From NCBI GenBank assembly GCA_000092065.1, contig CP000592.1: DNA of 64,000 nucleotides; one strand, 5' to 3'. The notes under the pieces were generated by a model. The model was given only the letters and a program-made list of their open reading frames with translations. It searched no databases and was not told where the DNA came from. Positions 37,144 through 45,810 of this stretch are shown piece by piece (position 1 is the stretch's first letter; the number at the start of each line of letters is the position of its first letter). The position numbers were made by a program, and so were the translations under genes. The DNA comes from Ostreococcus lucimarinus (lineage: Eukaryota).

Positions 37144-38196
37144 ATGTCCTCGTCGCCGCCTTGTCGCCATTTCCTCCGCGGGGCGTGTCGCTACGGCGAC
37201 GCGTGTAAATTCGCCCACGCCGCGCGCGACGCCGACGCCGCGCGCGCGCCTCGCTCGAGGTCGCGCAAAACGCGCCGAAAAGACTCGCGGCAAAAAGTGA
37301 AACGGTTTCGCGAGTGGCTCGCGCGCGAGTTCGCCGACGCGCTCGACGGCGGCGTCGTCCTGGACGTCGCCGGCGGCAAGGGCGTCCTGGCGTTCGATCT
37401 CATGAACTCGACGAACGCGGCGGAGGTGTGGGTGATCGATCCGCGCGCGATGCGCCTGGGAAGGCTCAGGCGCAGGTTCGCGCTGGGATTTCATCTGCGC
37501 GAACGCGAACGCGACGCCGCGACGATACGCGTGCGAGAACCGAAGCACTTGCGAGTGTATTGGTCGCGGGAGGTGTACGCGCGAGAGGACGCGGCGTGGG
37601 AAGCGAGAGTGCGAGCGTCGAACGTCGCGGCGCGAGCGAGCAGGTGGTGCGTGTCGGGACTCGTCGCGGACGATAGGAGAGACGCTCGATACGAAGACGC
37701 GGGGGCGACGGTGCGCGTCGTCGACGGCGCGGTCGATATCGCGCCGTCGACGGATCGTCGAAGCGATGAGGACGACGCCGACGACGACGCCGGCGACGCC
37801 GGCGACGACGCCGACGGTGAAATCGAGTTGGACCAGGACGCCGTCGTCTCCGCGCTCGACGACGTCCTCCGTCGAGTCTCCATCGTCGTCGCCATGCATC
37901 CCGACCAAGCCACGGACGCGGCGGTCGATTTCGCCCTCGAGCGCAATCTTCCCTTCGCCGTCGTTCCGTGTTGCGTGTACGCGAAAGAGTTCGGCAAACG
38001 CCGGCTCGCCGACGGCTCCCGCGTCACCACGCACGCGCACTTGGTCGACCATCTCGTGCAGAAAGCCGGTCTGACCGACGTGCGCGTCGCCGAGCTTCCC
38101 TTTCCCGGGAAAAACGTGGTCGTCTACGGCACGGGTCGACGCGCGTCGACGTGCGTCGCCGTCCAGACGCCGCAGCGCGGAGGCGTAGGAGAATAG
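37144..38196 (+). CDS. CCCH zinc-finger protein with a class-I methyltransferase-like domain (TRM13 / Methyltransf_32-like).
   Basis: N-terminal C-x8-C-x5-C-x3-H finger (CRHFLRGACRYGDACKFAH) followed by the SAM-motif-I-like VLDVAGGKGVLAFDL and a ...VVAMHPDQATDAAVDFALE... block resembling the TRM13 (HLCGxATDLAL) region. The assignment is tentative. The TAG stop lies inside a (GGAGAATA)n repeat. Confidence 0.45.
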   Translation: MSSSPPCRHFLRGACRYGDACKFAHAARDADAARAPRSRSRKTRRKDSRQKVKRFREWLAREFADALDGGVVLDVAGGKGVLAFDLMNSTNAAEVWVIDPRAMRLGRLRRRFALGFHLRERERDAATIRVREPKHLRVYWSREVYAREDAAWEARVRASNVAARASRWCVSGLVADDRRDARYEDAGATVRVVDGAVDIAPSTDRRSDEDDADDDAGDAGDDADGEIELDQDAVVSALDDVLRRVSIVVAMHPDQATDAAVDFALERNLPFAVVPCCVYAKEFGKRRLADGSRVTTHAHLVDHLVQKAGLTDVRVAELPFPGKNVVVYGTGRRASTCVAVQTPQRGGVGE

Positions 38197-38232
38197 GAGA
38201 ATAGGAGAATAGGAGAATAGGAGAATAGGAAC
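38186..38232. repeat. (GGAGAATA)n microsatellite, about 5.5 units.
   Basis: Direct reading: aggagaataggagaataggagaataggagaataggagaatagga. The first unit supplies the stop codon of the upstream CDS. Confidence 0.8.
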
Positions 38233-38268
38233 AGACACTCGCGTCGACCGCACTCTCTCGCGCGCACC

Positions 38269-38832
38269 ATGCGCGCGCGTTCGCTCCCGAGCGCGCGCGC
38301 GACGCGCGTCGCGTCTCGCGCGACCACATCGCGCGCGCCGCCGTCTCTCTCTCTCTCGCGCGCGCCGCGCGCGCGCTCGGGACGCTTTCGACGTCATCCA
38401 CCGTCCCGACCGCCGCGCGCGCTCCCCGACGCCGACGTCGCCCCGGTCGAGGCGTGGCAGCTGTGGTTCGGATTCATCGCCGGCGTCAGCCCGTTCGCGA
38501 TCGCGGCGTACGAATTCGGGAAGCGCGTGCTCATCCAGCGCCGGTGCGCGCTCTGCGCGGGCTCGGGCCTCGTCGAAGTCGAGCGCTCGCGAGGCGCGCG
38601 GTTGGTCAAATGCACCGCGTGCGGCGGATTCCTGCCGTGGCAGTCGTGGGAGAGGTTTCTGAGCAGCGAAGCGGGGAACGGGGGCGTGGTGCGCGCGCCG
38701 AAGGGGCAGACGTCGGCGTTTTATAGCGTGGAAAAGGCGACGGCGGCGAGCCGGGAGATGGCGGCGCGACGCGCGCGAGACGGCGAGGCGTCGAGCGATC
38801 GCGACGGCGACGACGACGCGGGATTAGGGTAG
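38269..38832 (+). CDS. Small predicted organellar protein with a TM segment and a DnaJ-type CxxCxGxG...CxxCxG zinc-finger-like motif.
   Basis: An Arg/Ser/Ala-rich N-terminus, a hydrophobic segment WFGFIAGVSPFAIAAYEFG, then CALCAGSGLVEVERSRGARLVKCTACGGF. Confidence 0.4.
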   Translation: MRARSLPSARATRVASRATTSRAPPSLSLSRAPRARSGRFRRHPPSRPPRALPDADVAPVEAWQLWFGFIAGVSPFAIAAYEFGKRVLIQRRCALCAGSGLVEVERSRGARLVKCTACGGFLPWQSWERFLSSEAGNGGVVRAPKGQTSAFYSVEKATAASREMAARRARDGEASSDRDGDDDAGLG

Positions 38833-38961
38833 AAATAATGTATGCGACGCACGCGCTCGAACGTCGGACGTTTCGCGGCGTCTGCGCCGTTGAATCGTCG
38901 CCGCCGCGAACCGTCGTCGTCGTCGCCGCGCCGCGCGCTCGACGCCGCACTCGCCGACGCC

Positions 38962-40284
38962 ATGCTTCGCGCCGCGCTCTCGAGCGCTCGCGCCTGCGCG
39001 TCGTCGCGCAGAGCGCGCGTTCGCGCGCGCGTTCGTCGCGCGCGCGCGCGCGTTCTCACCGTCGCGGCGTCGCCCGAAGCGCCGCCGCCGGTTCCAGACG
39101 TCCGCGCCTTCGACGCCGCGCCGCTCGACGTCGACGCCCTGGACGCGTTCCCTCGCCTCTCGAGCGGCAAGTACGCGCTCAAGGGCATGCGACGCGCCGA
39201 ACTCGCGGATTGGCTCGCGCACGTCGGGGAGAAACGGTCGAGGGCGGACTCGGTGTTCAGAGCCATGTATCGCGAGCTCGGCGGCGACGCCGACGCGAGC
39301 GAGGCGTTCGGCGATAAATTTAAAGCGCGTCTGGAGGTTTTGGGAAGCTTCGACGGCGATTTGGAGCTGAGCGATACGAGATTAGCGACGGATGGCACGC
39401 GGAAGGTGACGTATAACCTGCGAGGGAGCGGGGGCGGGACGGTGGAGAGCGTGTTGATTCCGGCGCTGACGGAGCGAGGTCGAACGACGGTGTGCGTGAG
39501 TTCGCAGCTCGGGTGCGCGATGAATTGCCAGTTTTGTTACACGGCGAAAATGGGGTTGAGGAAAAATCTCAGCGCGGCGCAGATCGTGGAGCAGGTCGTG
39601 CAGGCGAGACGGATGGTGGGCGCGAGCGAGGTGTCGAACGTAGTCTTTATGGGCATGGGGGAGCCGCTGCACAACGTCGATGAGGTGTTAAAGGCGGTAT
39701 CAATCTTGTTGGATCCCAAAGGATTGGGGTTTTCGCGTAACAAAGTCACCGTGAGCACGTCTGGGCTGGTTCCACAGATGGAGCGATTTTTACGCGAGAG
39801 TGAGGCGTCGTTGGCCGTGTCGCTCAACGCCACGACGGATTACATTCGCAACTGGATCATGCCCATCAATCGCAAATACAACCTCGAAATGCTTCTTGGA
39901 TTGCTCCGTCGCGAGTTTCCGCGCCAATCTCTCGGTAGGCACCAAAGACAGGTATTTTTCGAGTACATCATGCTCGAAGGCGTGAACGACAGCGACGAGG
40001 ACGCGGATCGATTGGTCGAAATCGCTCGCGACATTCCGTGCAAAATCAATCTCATTTATTTCAACACGCACGACGGTTCGGAGTTCAAGTGCAGCGATCA
40101 AGAGCGAATCAACGCTTTTCGCCAGCGCGTCAGCGATGCGGGCGTGACGTGCACGATTCGACAGTCTCGAGGGGACGAAGAGATGTCGGCGTGCGGACAG
40201 CTCGGCAAGCCGGACGACGAGGCAAACTGGAAACCTCCGCCGCCTCGCATGCGAGACCCGCGCACGCGCGCGCAGCGCTTGTGA
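38962..40284 (+). CDS. rlmN: Radical-SAM rRNA/tRNA adenosine-C2 methyltransferase RlmN (organelle-targeted).
   Basis: Radical SAM cluster motif CAMNCQFCYT and GMGEPLHN, plus the C-terminal catalytic Cys region (EMSACGQLG), are collinear with bacterial RlmN. The start is taken at Met 41 (MLRAALSSARACASSRRARV..., transit-peptide-like) of ORF 38842..40284. ATG 38842 lies only 10 nt after the previous stop. Confidence 0.8.
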   Translation: MLRAALSSARACASSRRARVRARVRRARARVLTVAASPEAPPPVPDVRAFDAAPLDVDALDAFPRLSSGKYALKGMRRAELADWLAHVGEKRSRADSVFRAMYRELGGDADASEAFGDKFKARLEVLGSFDGDLELSDTRLATDGTRKVTYNLRGSGGGTVESVLIPALTERGRTTVCVSSQLGCAMNCQFCYTAKMGLRKNLSAAQIVEQVVQARRMVGASEVSNVVFMGMGEPLHNVDEVLKAVSILLDPKGLGFSRNKVTVSTSGLVPQMERFLRESEASLAVSLNATTDYIRNWIMPINRKYNLEMLLGLLRREFPRQSLGRHQRQVFFEYIMLEGVNDSDEDADRLVEIARDIPCKINLIYFNTHDGSEFKCSDQERINAFRQRVSDAGVTCTIRQSRGDEEMSACGQLGKPDDEANWKPPPPRMRDPRTRAQRL

Positions 40285-40359
40285 TCACGATGTTAACGCC
40301 GCATACATGCTTATACGATATAGTTACAAGGTTTGTACCGTACTTATTTTTATGTAATT

Positions 40360-41148
40360 TTACTCCTTCCCGAACAATCCGCCTTGCTCAAACTCTCTCT
40401 GACTCGCGTTGCGAAGCAGACGCGCTGCCTCCACCTGGTCGTTCGCTTCCGCGAGCTCCAGCGCGGTGCCGCTCGCCGAGCGAAGAATGTTACTCTCCGA
40501 CGCGCTGTGTCGAATGTTCGCACCGCTCTCGAGAAGCGCGCTCAGGGAAGAACTCGACCCGTTCGCCGCCGCCACGTGCAGCGCCGAGTACCCGCCTCGC
40601 ATCTCCCCGTTCACCGCCGCCCCGAGTCGAACCAGCAGCTTCACCATCGCCCCGTGTCCACTGTGCGACGCCACGTGCAGCGCCGTGCATCCGTGCGCGT
40701 TCTTCGCCTCCAAATTCGTCCCCTTCCACTCCCCCAAAACCTCCGCCGCGTCCAGCGCGTTCGCGCGCGCCGCCTCGTGCAGCGCCGTGTCCCCCTGTTC
40801 GTCCTTCCCGTTCGCGTCCGCCCCTCGCTCGAGCAATAATCGACACACTTCCGCGTGTCCCCACTGCGCCGCCGTCATGAGCGCCGTCGCGCCTCGCTCG
40901 TCTCGTTCGTCCACCGCCGCGCCCGCGACGAGGAGCGCCCTCGCCGTGCTCGCCTCCCCGTCCTCGCACGCCGCGTGCAGCGGCGTGTGCAGGTCGTGCT
41001 TCGGTCCGCGTCGCGAGAAATCATCCAGCTCGCGTCGCAGCGCGCTCGCCGCGCGCGCCGCGCGCTCGCGCTCGCCGCGCATCGCCGCCGCGTGCCGACG
41101 CAGCGCCGCCTCGCTCAATCTCGGACTCGGCGGCCGCTCGTCGCGCAT
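40360..41148 (-). CDS. Ankyrin-repeat protein.
   Basis: At least 5 ANK repeats (…GATALMTAAQWGHAEVCRLLLERGADANGKDEQGDTALHEAARANALDAAEVL…GCTALHVASHSGHGAMVKLLVRLGAAVN…). Confidence 0.7.
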   Translation of the reverse strand: MRDERPPSPRLSEAALRRHAAAMRGERERAARAASALRRELDDFSRRGPKHDLHTPLHAACEDGEASTARALLVAGAAVDERDERGATALMTAAQWGHAEVCRLLLERGADANGKDEQGDTALHEAARANALDAAEVLGEWKGTNLEAKNAHGCTALHVASHSGHGAMVKLLVRLGAAVNGEMRGGYSALHVAAANGSSSSLSALLESGANIRHSASESNILRSASGTALELAEANDQVEAARLLRNASQREFEQGGLFGKE

Positions 41149-41306
41149 CGCGCGCCCGCGTCGACGCCGACGGCGCGTCGTCTCCGCGCGCGTCGACGCC
41201 GCGCGCTGAAACGCGTCGCGATGGCGTCGCGGTGTCGCGATTTCGATCCGCGGTCGCCATTCGTCGCCATTCGTCGACGATGCGCGCGTCGCGATAGCGC
41301 CGCGCC
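41149..41306. promoter_or_regulatory. Putative bidirectional promoter between the ankyrin gene (-) and XPG (+).
   Basis: 158 bp between divergent start codons. Confidence 0.3.
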
Positions 41307-44300
41307 ATGGGCGTCCGCGACCTGTGGCGGCTGCTCGAACCGAGCGGTCGTCGCGCGGACGCCGACAGCGTGCGAGGCAAGCGCGTGGCCGTCGACGCGT
41401 CCATCTGGCTGGTGCAATTCATCAAGGCGACGCGCGACGAAGACGGCGACGTCGCGGCGCGCGCGCACGTCGCCGGGTTCTTTCGCAGGATCGCGCGGTT
41501 GCTGCGTCACGGCGCGCGACCGGTGTTCGTGTTCGACGGGGCGACGCCGGCGCTGAAGAGGCGGACGACGGCGACGCGACGACGCGCGCGGGAGCGGAGC
41601 GCGGCGAAGGTGCGCGTGGCGGCGGAGAAGGTTTTGTTGAACGAACTGAAGCGACGGGCGCTGGTGGCGGCGGCGAACGGAGGGGAGGTGGGAAATGGAG
41701 GGGGGGTGGCGATCGCGGCGCGCGATGGGGACGATGGAGACGACGGCGACGAGCGGGATTCGGAGGCGGAGGCGGAGGAGGAGGAGGAGGAGGAGTTGGA
41801 CGTGTTCGTGCCGGACGGCGAATCGATCGATCCCGAGGTGCTCGGCGCGCTGCCGCCGTCGGTGCGAATGGAGGTCGTGATGCGAATGCGGGATAAGCGC
41901 GTGGCGGATAATCGAGAGCATTTCGCCGCGGCTTCGGGAAAGATGCAAGATTTCAGCGCGTTGCAGTTGGAGACGTATCTTAAAGGGACGAAATTGAAGC
42001 GAGAGATCGATCGCGTGATGCAGAAATCGGATTTGAACGATCCGATGACGTCCAAACGCGTCGCGGCGCAGGATAATCGCGATTTTATATTTGCCGGACC
42101 ATCTTCGTCGAATCGAACGACTTCGAGCGGAGCGCTGGCGCTCGCGCCGCCGCAGCCGCCGCCGTCGACGTCGGGGGTGTTAGGTTTGACGACGGGTACG
42201 TTTGCGTCGGATCAACTCGCTGGGGTGCGAACGGGGCGACGTGGTCGCGCGCCGACGGCGCTCGTCGCGCCGCAAGAACGATTTTTAGTGACGAACCTTC
42301 ACCCGACGCTTCCGACGCCATCAGTCGCCAAATCCGTCGCGGAGACGCCCATCGTGTTGAGCAAAGAGCCATCGACGTTGGATTTGCAAATCTCATTCAC
42401 CACGGAAAATATCAAAGCTGCGGCGAAAGACCCGTTATTCGCGAGCGCGGACGACGCCACGGCGGCCGATGAAGACGAAGACGACATCGTCGCCGTTGCC
42501 GACGCCGACGAGGAATGGGAAGACGTGGAAGACGACGTCAAACCGTCGCCCGCGAAACTCGCGCTTGCCGCGCCGTCACCGCTAGCCCGTCATGACGATG
42601 ACGTTATGGATTTGAGTGAAGACGCTGACGACGCCGATGATGAGTCACACGGCGATGGAACCGCGTTGAAACGCAAGAGCGTGTACTCTCTCAGCCACGG
42701 TTTTCTCAAAGGGCGAAGCTTGGGTGGATGGGACGCCGACGAAGAAGAGGCTGCTGTGCGAGCCGCGGCGGAGGCTGAAACAGAAGCAGACGTCGACGCC
42801 GCAATAGCCATCGGTGTGCGAGGAGATGAAGAAGCGTTAGCGCCGTTGAATCACGACGACGAGAGTGAGCAGTTGCAAAGGGCCATCGCGATGAGCGTCG
42901 CTACGGCGCGCGAGGAAGAGTCGCCGACCAAGGCAGCCGCAGACGGTGTGGAAGTTGAAGCACAATTAGAAACGAACGAGAGTGAAGACGGAAACAACAA
43001 TGATGATGATGACAAAGATGACGACGGGTTGAAAGCAGCGATAGCGATGAGTTTGGCCAAGCACGTCGACGATTCTTTGAAACAGTCGGATGATTCTAAA
43101 GAAGTAGACGTCGTCGAGATTGAAGAAACGAAGCAAGAAGAAGAAATCGATTCGGAAGAAGAGCAGTGGATCGAGGCGGCGCGCGAAGCTGAACGCATCG
43201 CCGAGCGCGCCCGAGTGGAACGTCTAATTTGCGAAGCAGAGGAAGAGCAAGAGCGTCTGAAGCATGAGATTCGTCAAGCCAAGAAAGGTGCCGAACACGT
43301 CACGGATGAGATGTACCGAGACGTCCAAGAACTGCTCACGCTTTTCGGAATTCCTTACATCATCGCGCCGCAAGAAGCTGAAGCGCAGTGCGCGTATCTC
43401 AACCAGCACAAGCTTGTCGACGCCGTCATCACGGACGATAGCGATGTCTTTCTGTTTGGCGCATCGCACGTGTACAGAAACTTTTTCTCGGAGAAAAAAT
43501 ACTGCGAAGTCTACACCGCAGATCGTATCAAGAGAGAACTAGGACTCGATCGAGATCGTTTCATTCAACTCGCGCTCTTGCTCGGGAGCGATTACACCGA
43601 AGGCGTCGGCGGCGTCGGCATCGTGAACGCGCTCGAAATCGTCAGCGTGTTTAAAGGAAACGTTATGGATGCGAGTAAAGCGTTCAGAGAGTGGATTGAT
43701 ATGGAAGAACTCACCATGGTTCCCGAACGCTTGCTTCCTTCGCCGTCGAAAACGTCCGCGGAGAGCGCGACGGACGACGCGATCACCGCCGCCTTCAAAG
43801 AGAAACATCGCTCGCTGAAAAAGAGTTGGGAAGTTCCCGCGAATTACCCATCCCTAGAAGTCGTCAAAGCGTACCAGTATCCGTCAGTCGATCAAAGCGA
43901 AGAAACTTTCGAGTGGGGAAAGCCTGACTTGGACATGCTTCGCTTGTTTTGCATCAAGACGTTGTCGTGGACGCGAGACGCGGCGGATCAAATTTTGCTC
44001 CCGATGATGAAATCGTGGTCGAAACGCGACGACCAGCGTCGCATCGATAGCTTCTTCGAAACTTCTCACGCTGTGAGCTCGCGAGTGGCGAAATTCCGCT
44101 CGAAACGTCTCGGAGACGCGGTGAAAAATCTCACCAACGCCTCGGGATCCGAAGTCGCGGCGATGATTCTCAAGAGAACTCGCGAGGAGGCGTTGGGAGA
44201 CGTCATCGTGGATTACGACGATGATCAGCACGACAACGCGGTTTCCGACCCGGAACCTAAACTCGACGACGGCGACGACGCCGATTTCGCTGACTTGGAC

Positions 44301-44474
44301 TTGTCGCAGTATTCGAGCGACCGCGTCGCTTCGCCGTCGCCGAAGAAGCCAAAGAACCGCGCGACCGCGAAACCCAAACCCCGAGCAAAGCCCAAGCCCG
44401 AGCCCAAGCCCGAGCCCAAAACCACGTCACCCCGCGCGTCCGCGCGATCGAATCGAAACGTCGACAAAAATTAG
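41307..44474 (+). CDS. ERCC5: DNA repair endonuclease XPG/ERCC5 (Rad2 family), with split N and I nuclease domains separated by a long acidic spacer.
   Basis: N domain: MGVRDLWRLLEPSGRRADADSVRGKRVAVDASIWLVQFIKA...PVFVFDGATPALKRRT. I domain: LLTLFGIPYIIAPQEAEAQCAYLNQHKLVDAVITDDSDVFLFGASHVYRNFF, followed by H3TH (LALLLGSDYTEGVGGVG). Confidence 0.9.
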   Translation: MGVRDLWRLLEPSGRRADADSVRGKRVAVDASIWLVQFIKATRDEDGDVAARAHVAGFFRRIARLLRHGARPVFVFDGATPALKRRTTATRRRARERSAAKVRVAAEKVLLNELKRRALVAAANGGEVGNGGGVAIAARDGDDGDDGDERDSEAEAEEEEEEELDVFVPDGESIDPEVLGALPPSVRMEVVMRMRDKRVADNREHFAAASGKMQDFSALQLETYLKGTKLKREIDRVMQKSDLNDPMTSKRVAAQDNRDFIFAGPSSSNRTTSSGALALAPPQPPPSTSGVLGLTTGTFASDQLAGVRTGRRGRAPTALVAPQERFLVTNLHPTLPTPSVAKSVAETPIVLSKEPSTLDLQISFTTENIKAAAKDPLFASADDATAADEDEDDIVAVADADEEWEDVEDDVKPSPAKLALAAPSPLARHDDDVMDLSEDADDADDESHGDGTALKRKSVYSLSHGFLKGRSLGGWDADEEEAAVRAAAEAETEADVDAAIAIGVRGDEEALAPLNHDDESEQLQRAIAMSVATAREEESPTKAAADGVEVEAQLETNESEDGNNNDDDDKDDDGLKAAIAMSLAKHVDDSLKQSDDSKEVDVVEIEETKQEEEIDSEEEQWIEAAREAERIAERARVERLICEAEEEQERLKHEIRQAKKGAEHVTDEMYRDVQELLTLFGIPYIIAPQEAEAQCAYLNQHKLVDAVITDDSDVFLFGASHVYRNFFSEKKYCEVYTADRIKRELGLDRDRFIQLALLLGSDYTEGVGGVGIVNALEIVSVFKGNVMDASKAFREWIDMEELTMVPERLLPSPSKTSAESATDDAITAAFKEKHRSLKKSWEVPANYPSLEVVKAYQYPSVDQSEETFEWGKPDLDMLRLFCIKTLSWTRDAADQILLPMMKSWSKRDDQRRIDSFFETSHAVSSRVAKFRSKRLGDAVKNLTNASGSEVAAMILKRTREEALGDVIVDYDDDQHDNAVSDPEPKLDDGDDADFADLDLSQYSSDRVASPSPKKPKNRATAKPKPRAKPKPEPKPEPKTTSPRASARSNRNVDKN

Positions 44475-44552
44475 CTCTCGACGCCGCTAGCTCGGCGTCT
44501 GAAAAATCGCAAACAAAAAATTCGCGCTCTCTTTACAACCTCCCGCGCCCGC

Positions 44553-44981
44553 CTACCCGCTCGCCGCGAGCACCGCGGACATCGCTATGAATCCAAATAT
44601 CAACCCATACGTCACGTAATCCACCGCGCTCTTCGCCTTGCTCGCGCTCCCGAACATTCGCGATTCGTTCAGCGAGTTCACCACGCCGTCGCCCTTCGGC
44701 CCCTGAAACATGATGAGCGCCACCGTCGCCGCGCCGACGACCGCGCGCGCCGTCTCCAGCCCTCCCGCGAGCTGCGACGTCGCGATCTCCATCGCCTCGC
44801 CCGTCGGCACCGCGCGCGTCTCCCATCGTCGTCGCGTCGTCGTCGTCGTCGCGCGCGAAACCCCGACCGCGCGTCGTCGTCGCGTCGCGTCGCGCTCGCG
44901 CGCGCGCCCGCGCCCGCGCGCCGTCGTCGTCGTCGCCATCGTCGCGCGCGTCGTCGCCATCGTCGCGCGCGCTCGGTCCCG
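44553..44981 (-). CDS. Small predicted membrane protein (two hydrophobic helices) with a Thr/Arg-rich organellar-presequence-like N-terminus.
   Basis: The C-terminal 80 aa are EIATSQLAGGLETARAVVGAATVALIMFQGPKGDGVVNSLNESRMFGSASKAKSAVDYVTYGLIFGFIAMSAVLAASG. The rest of the listed ORF 44553..45983 is Arg-rich artefact. The start at Met 335 is uncertain. Confidence 0.35.
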   Translation of the reverse strand, partial: RDRARATMATTRATMATTTTARGRGRARERDATRRRRAVGVSRATTTTTRRRWETRAVPTGEAMEIATSQLAGGLETARAVVGAATVALIMFQGPKGDGVVNSLNESRMFGSASKAKSAVDYVTYGLIFGFIAMSAVLAASG

Positions 44982-45104
44982 CGCCGCGCGTCGCGATGCG
45001 GCGACGACGACGTCGATTCGACCCGTCCCGCCGCGATCGCGATTCGCCGCACTGCGCGTCGCCGACGCGCCCGCGCACGTCCGACTCGCGCGCAGACGCG
45101 CGCG

Positions 45105-45647
45105 ATGCTCGCCTCCGTCGCGCCCGCGCGCGCGTCGCGCGTCGCGATCGTCGCGCGCGTCGACGCGCGCCGCCGAAGATGCGCCGCACCGCGCGGACGA
45201 ATCGTCGCGGCGAAGCGCGACGACGACGCCGACGGCGCGTCGAGCGCGCCGAAGGGGTTCCCGCTGAAGGGATCGTCCTCGCCCGGCGGCTCGCGCGGAC
45301 CCGGGGCGGCGCCGCTGCGCATGGAGACGACGGAGCAGAGAAAGTTTGGGTACGGCGGCGACGGGCAACCGCCGCGCGACGACGACGACGACGAGGAGGC
45401 GTGGGACGACGGATGGAATCCCGGCGACGAGGGACAACCGAGCGCGTGGGGGTTGGTAATTCTGTTGGTCATCGGATCGTGGGCGCTGTGGGAGTATAAA
45501 CGACCGGGAGGGTCGCTGAACCCGGAGACGAAGCGAAGGAAGCAGCGCGCGAGGTACGAGCGCGCGTTCAAGGCCAAGTACGGGTACCTGCCGGGCGAAC
45601 GACCGCCGTCGACGGGCGCGACGGGGTCGATCTCGGGATTGGATTGA
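45105..45647 (+). CDS. Hypothetical small protein with one TM helix and a basic C-terminus.
   Basis: ORF with GLVILLVIGSWALWEYKRPGG followed by KRRKQRARYERAFKAKYGYLPGERPP. No domain recognised. Confidence 0.3.
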   Translation: MLASVAPARASRVAIVARVDARRRRCAAPRGRIVAAKRDDDADGASSAPKGFPLKGSSSPGGSRGPGAAPLRMETTEQRKFGYGGDGQPPRDDDDDEEAWDDGWNPGDEGQPSAWGLVILLVIGSWALWEYKRPGGSLNPETKRRKQRARYERAFKAKYGYLPGERPPSTGATGSISGLD

Positions 45648-45682
45648 TCGCGGTTTTGAATCGTCGACGACTCGGACGGCGT

Positions 45683-45735
45683 CGATTCGATTCGATTCGA
45701 TTCGATTCGGTTCGATTCGATTCCGTTCCGTTCGG
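45683..45735. repeat. (GATTC)n microsatellite.
   Basis: Direct reading: cgattcgattcgattcgattcggttcgattcgattccgttccgttcgg. Confidence 0.7.
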
Positions 45736-45810
45736 CGCTCGCGACTCGACTCGGGCAATTTTAAACCATCTCCGCGAGTCTCGATCGACGCGTCTCGCGT
45801 CGCGCGACGA

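Noticed and set aside
37018-38397. A 459-aa ORF on the minus strand.
   Set aside because: It is antisense to the CCCH-methyltransferase gene. The translation is Arg/Asp-rich with no domain.
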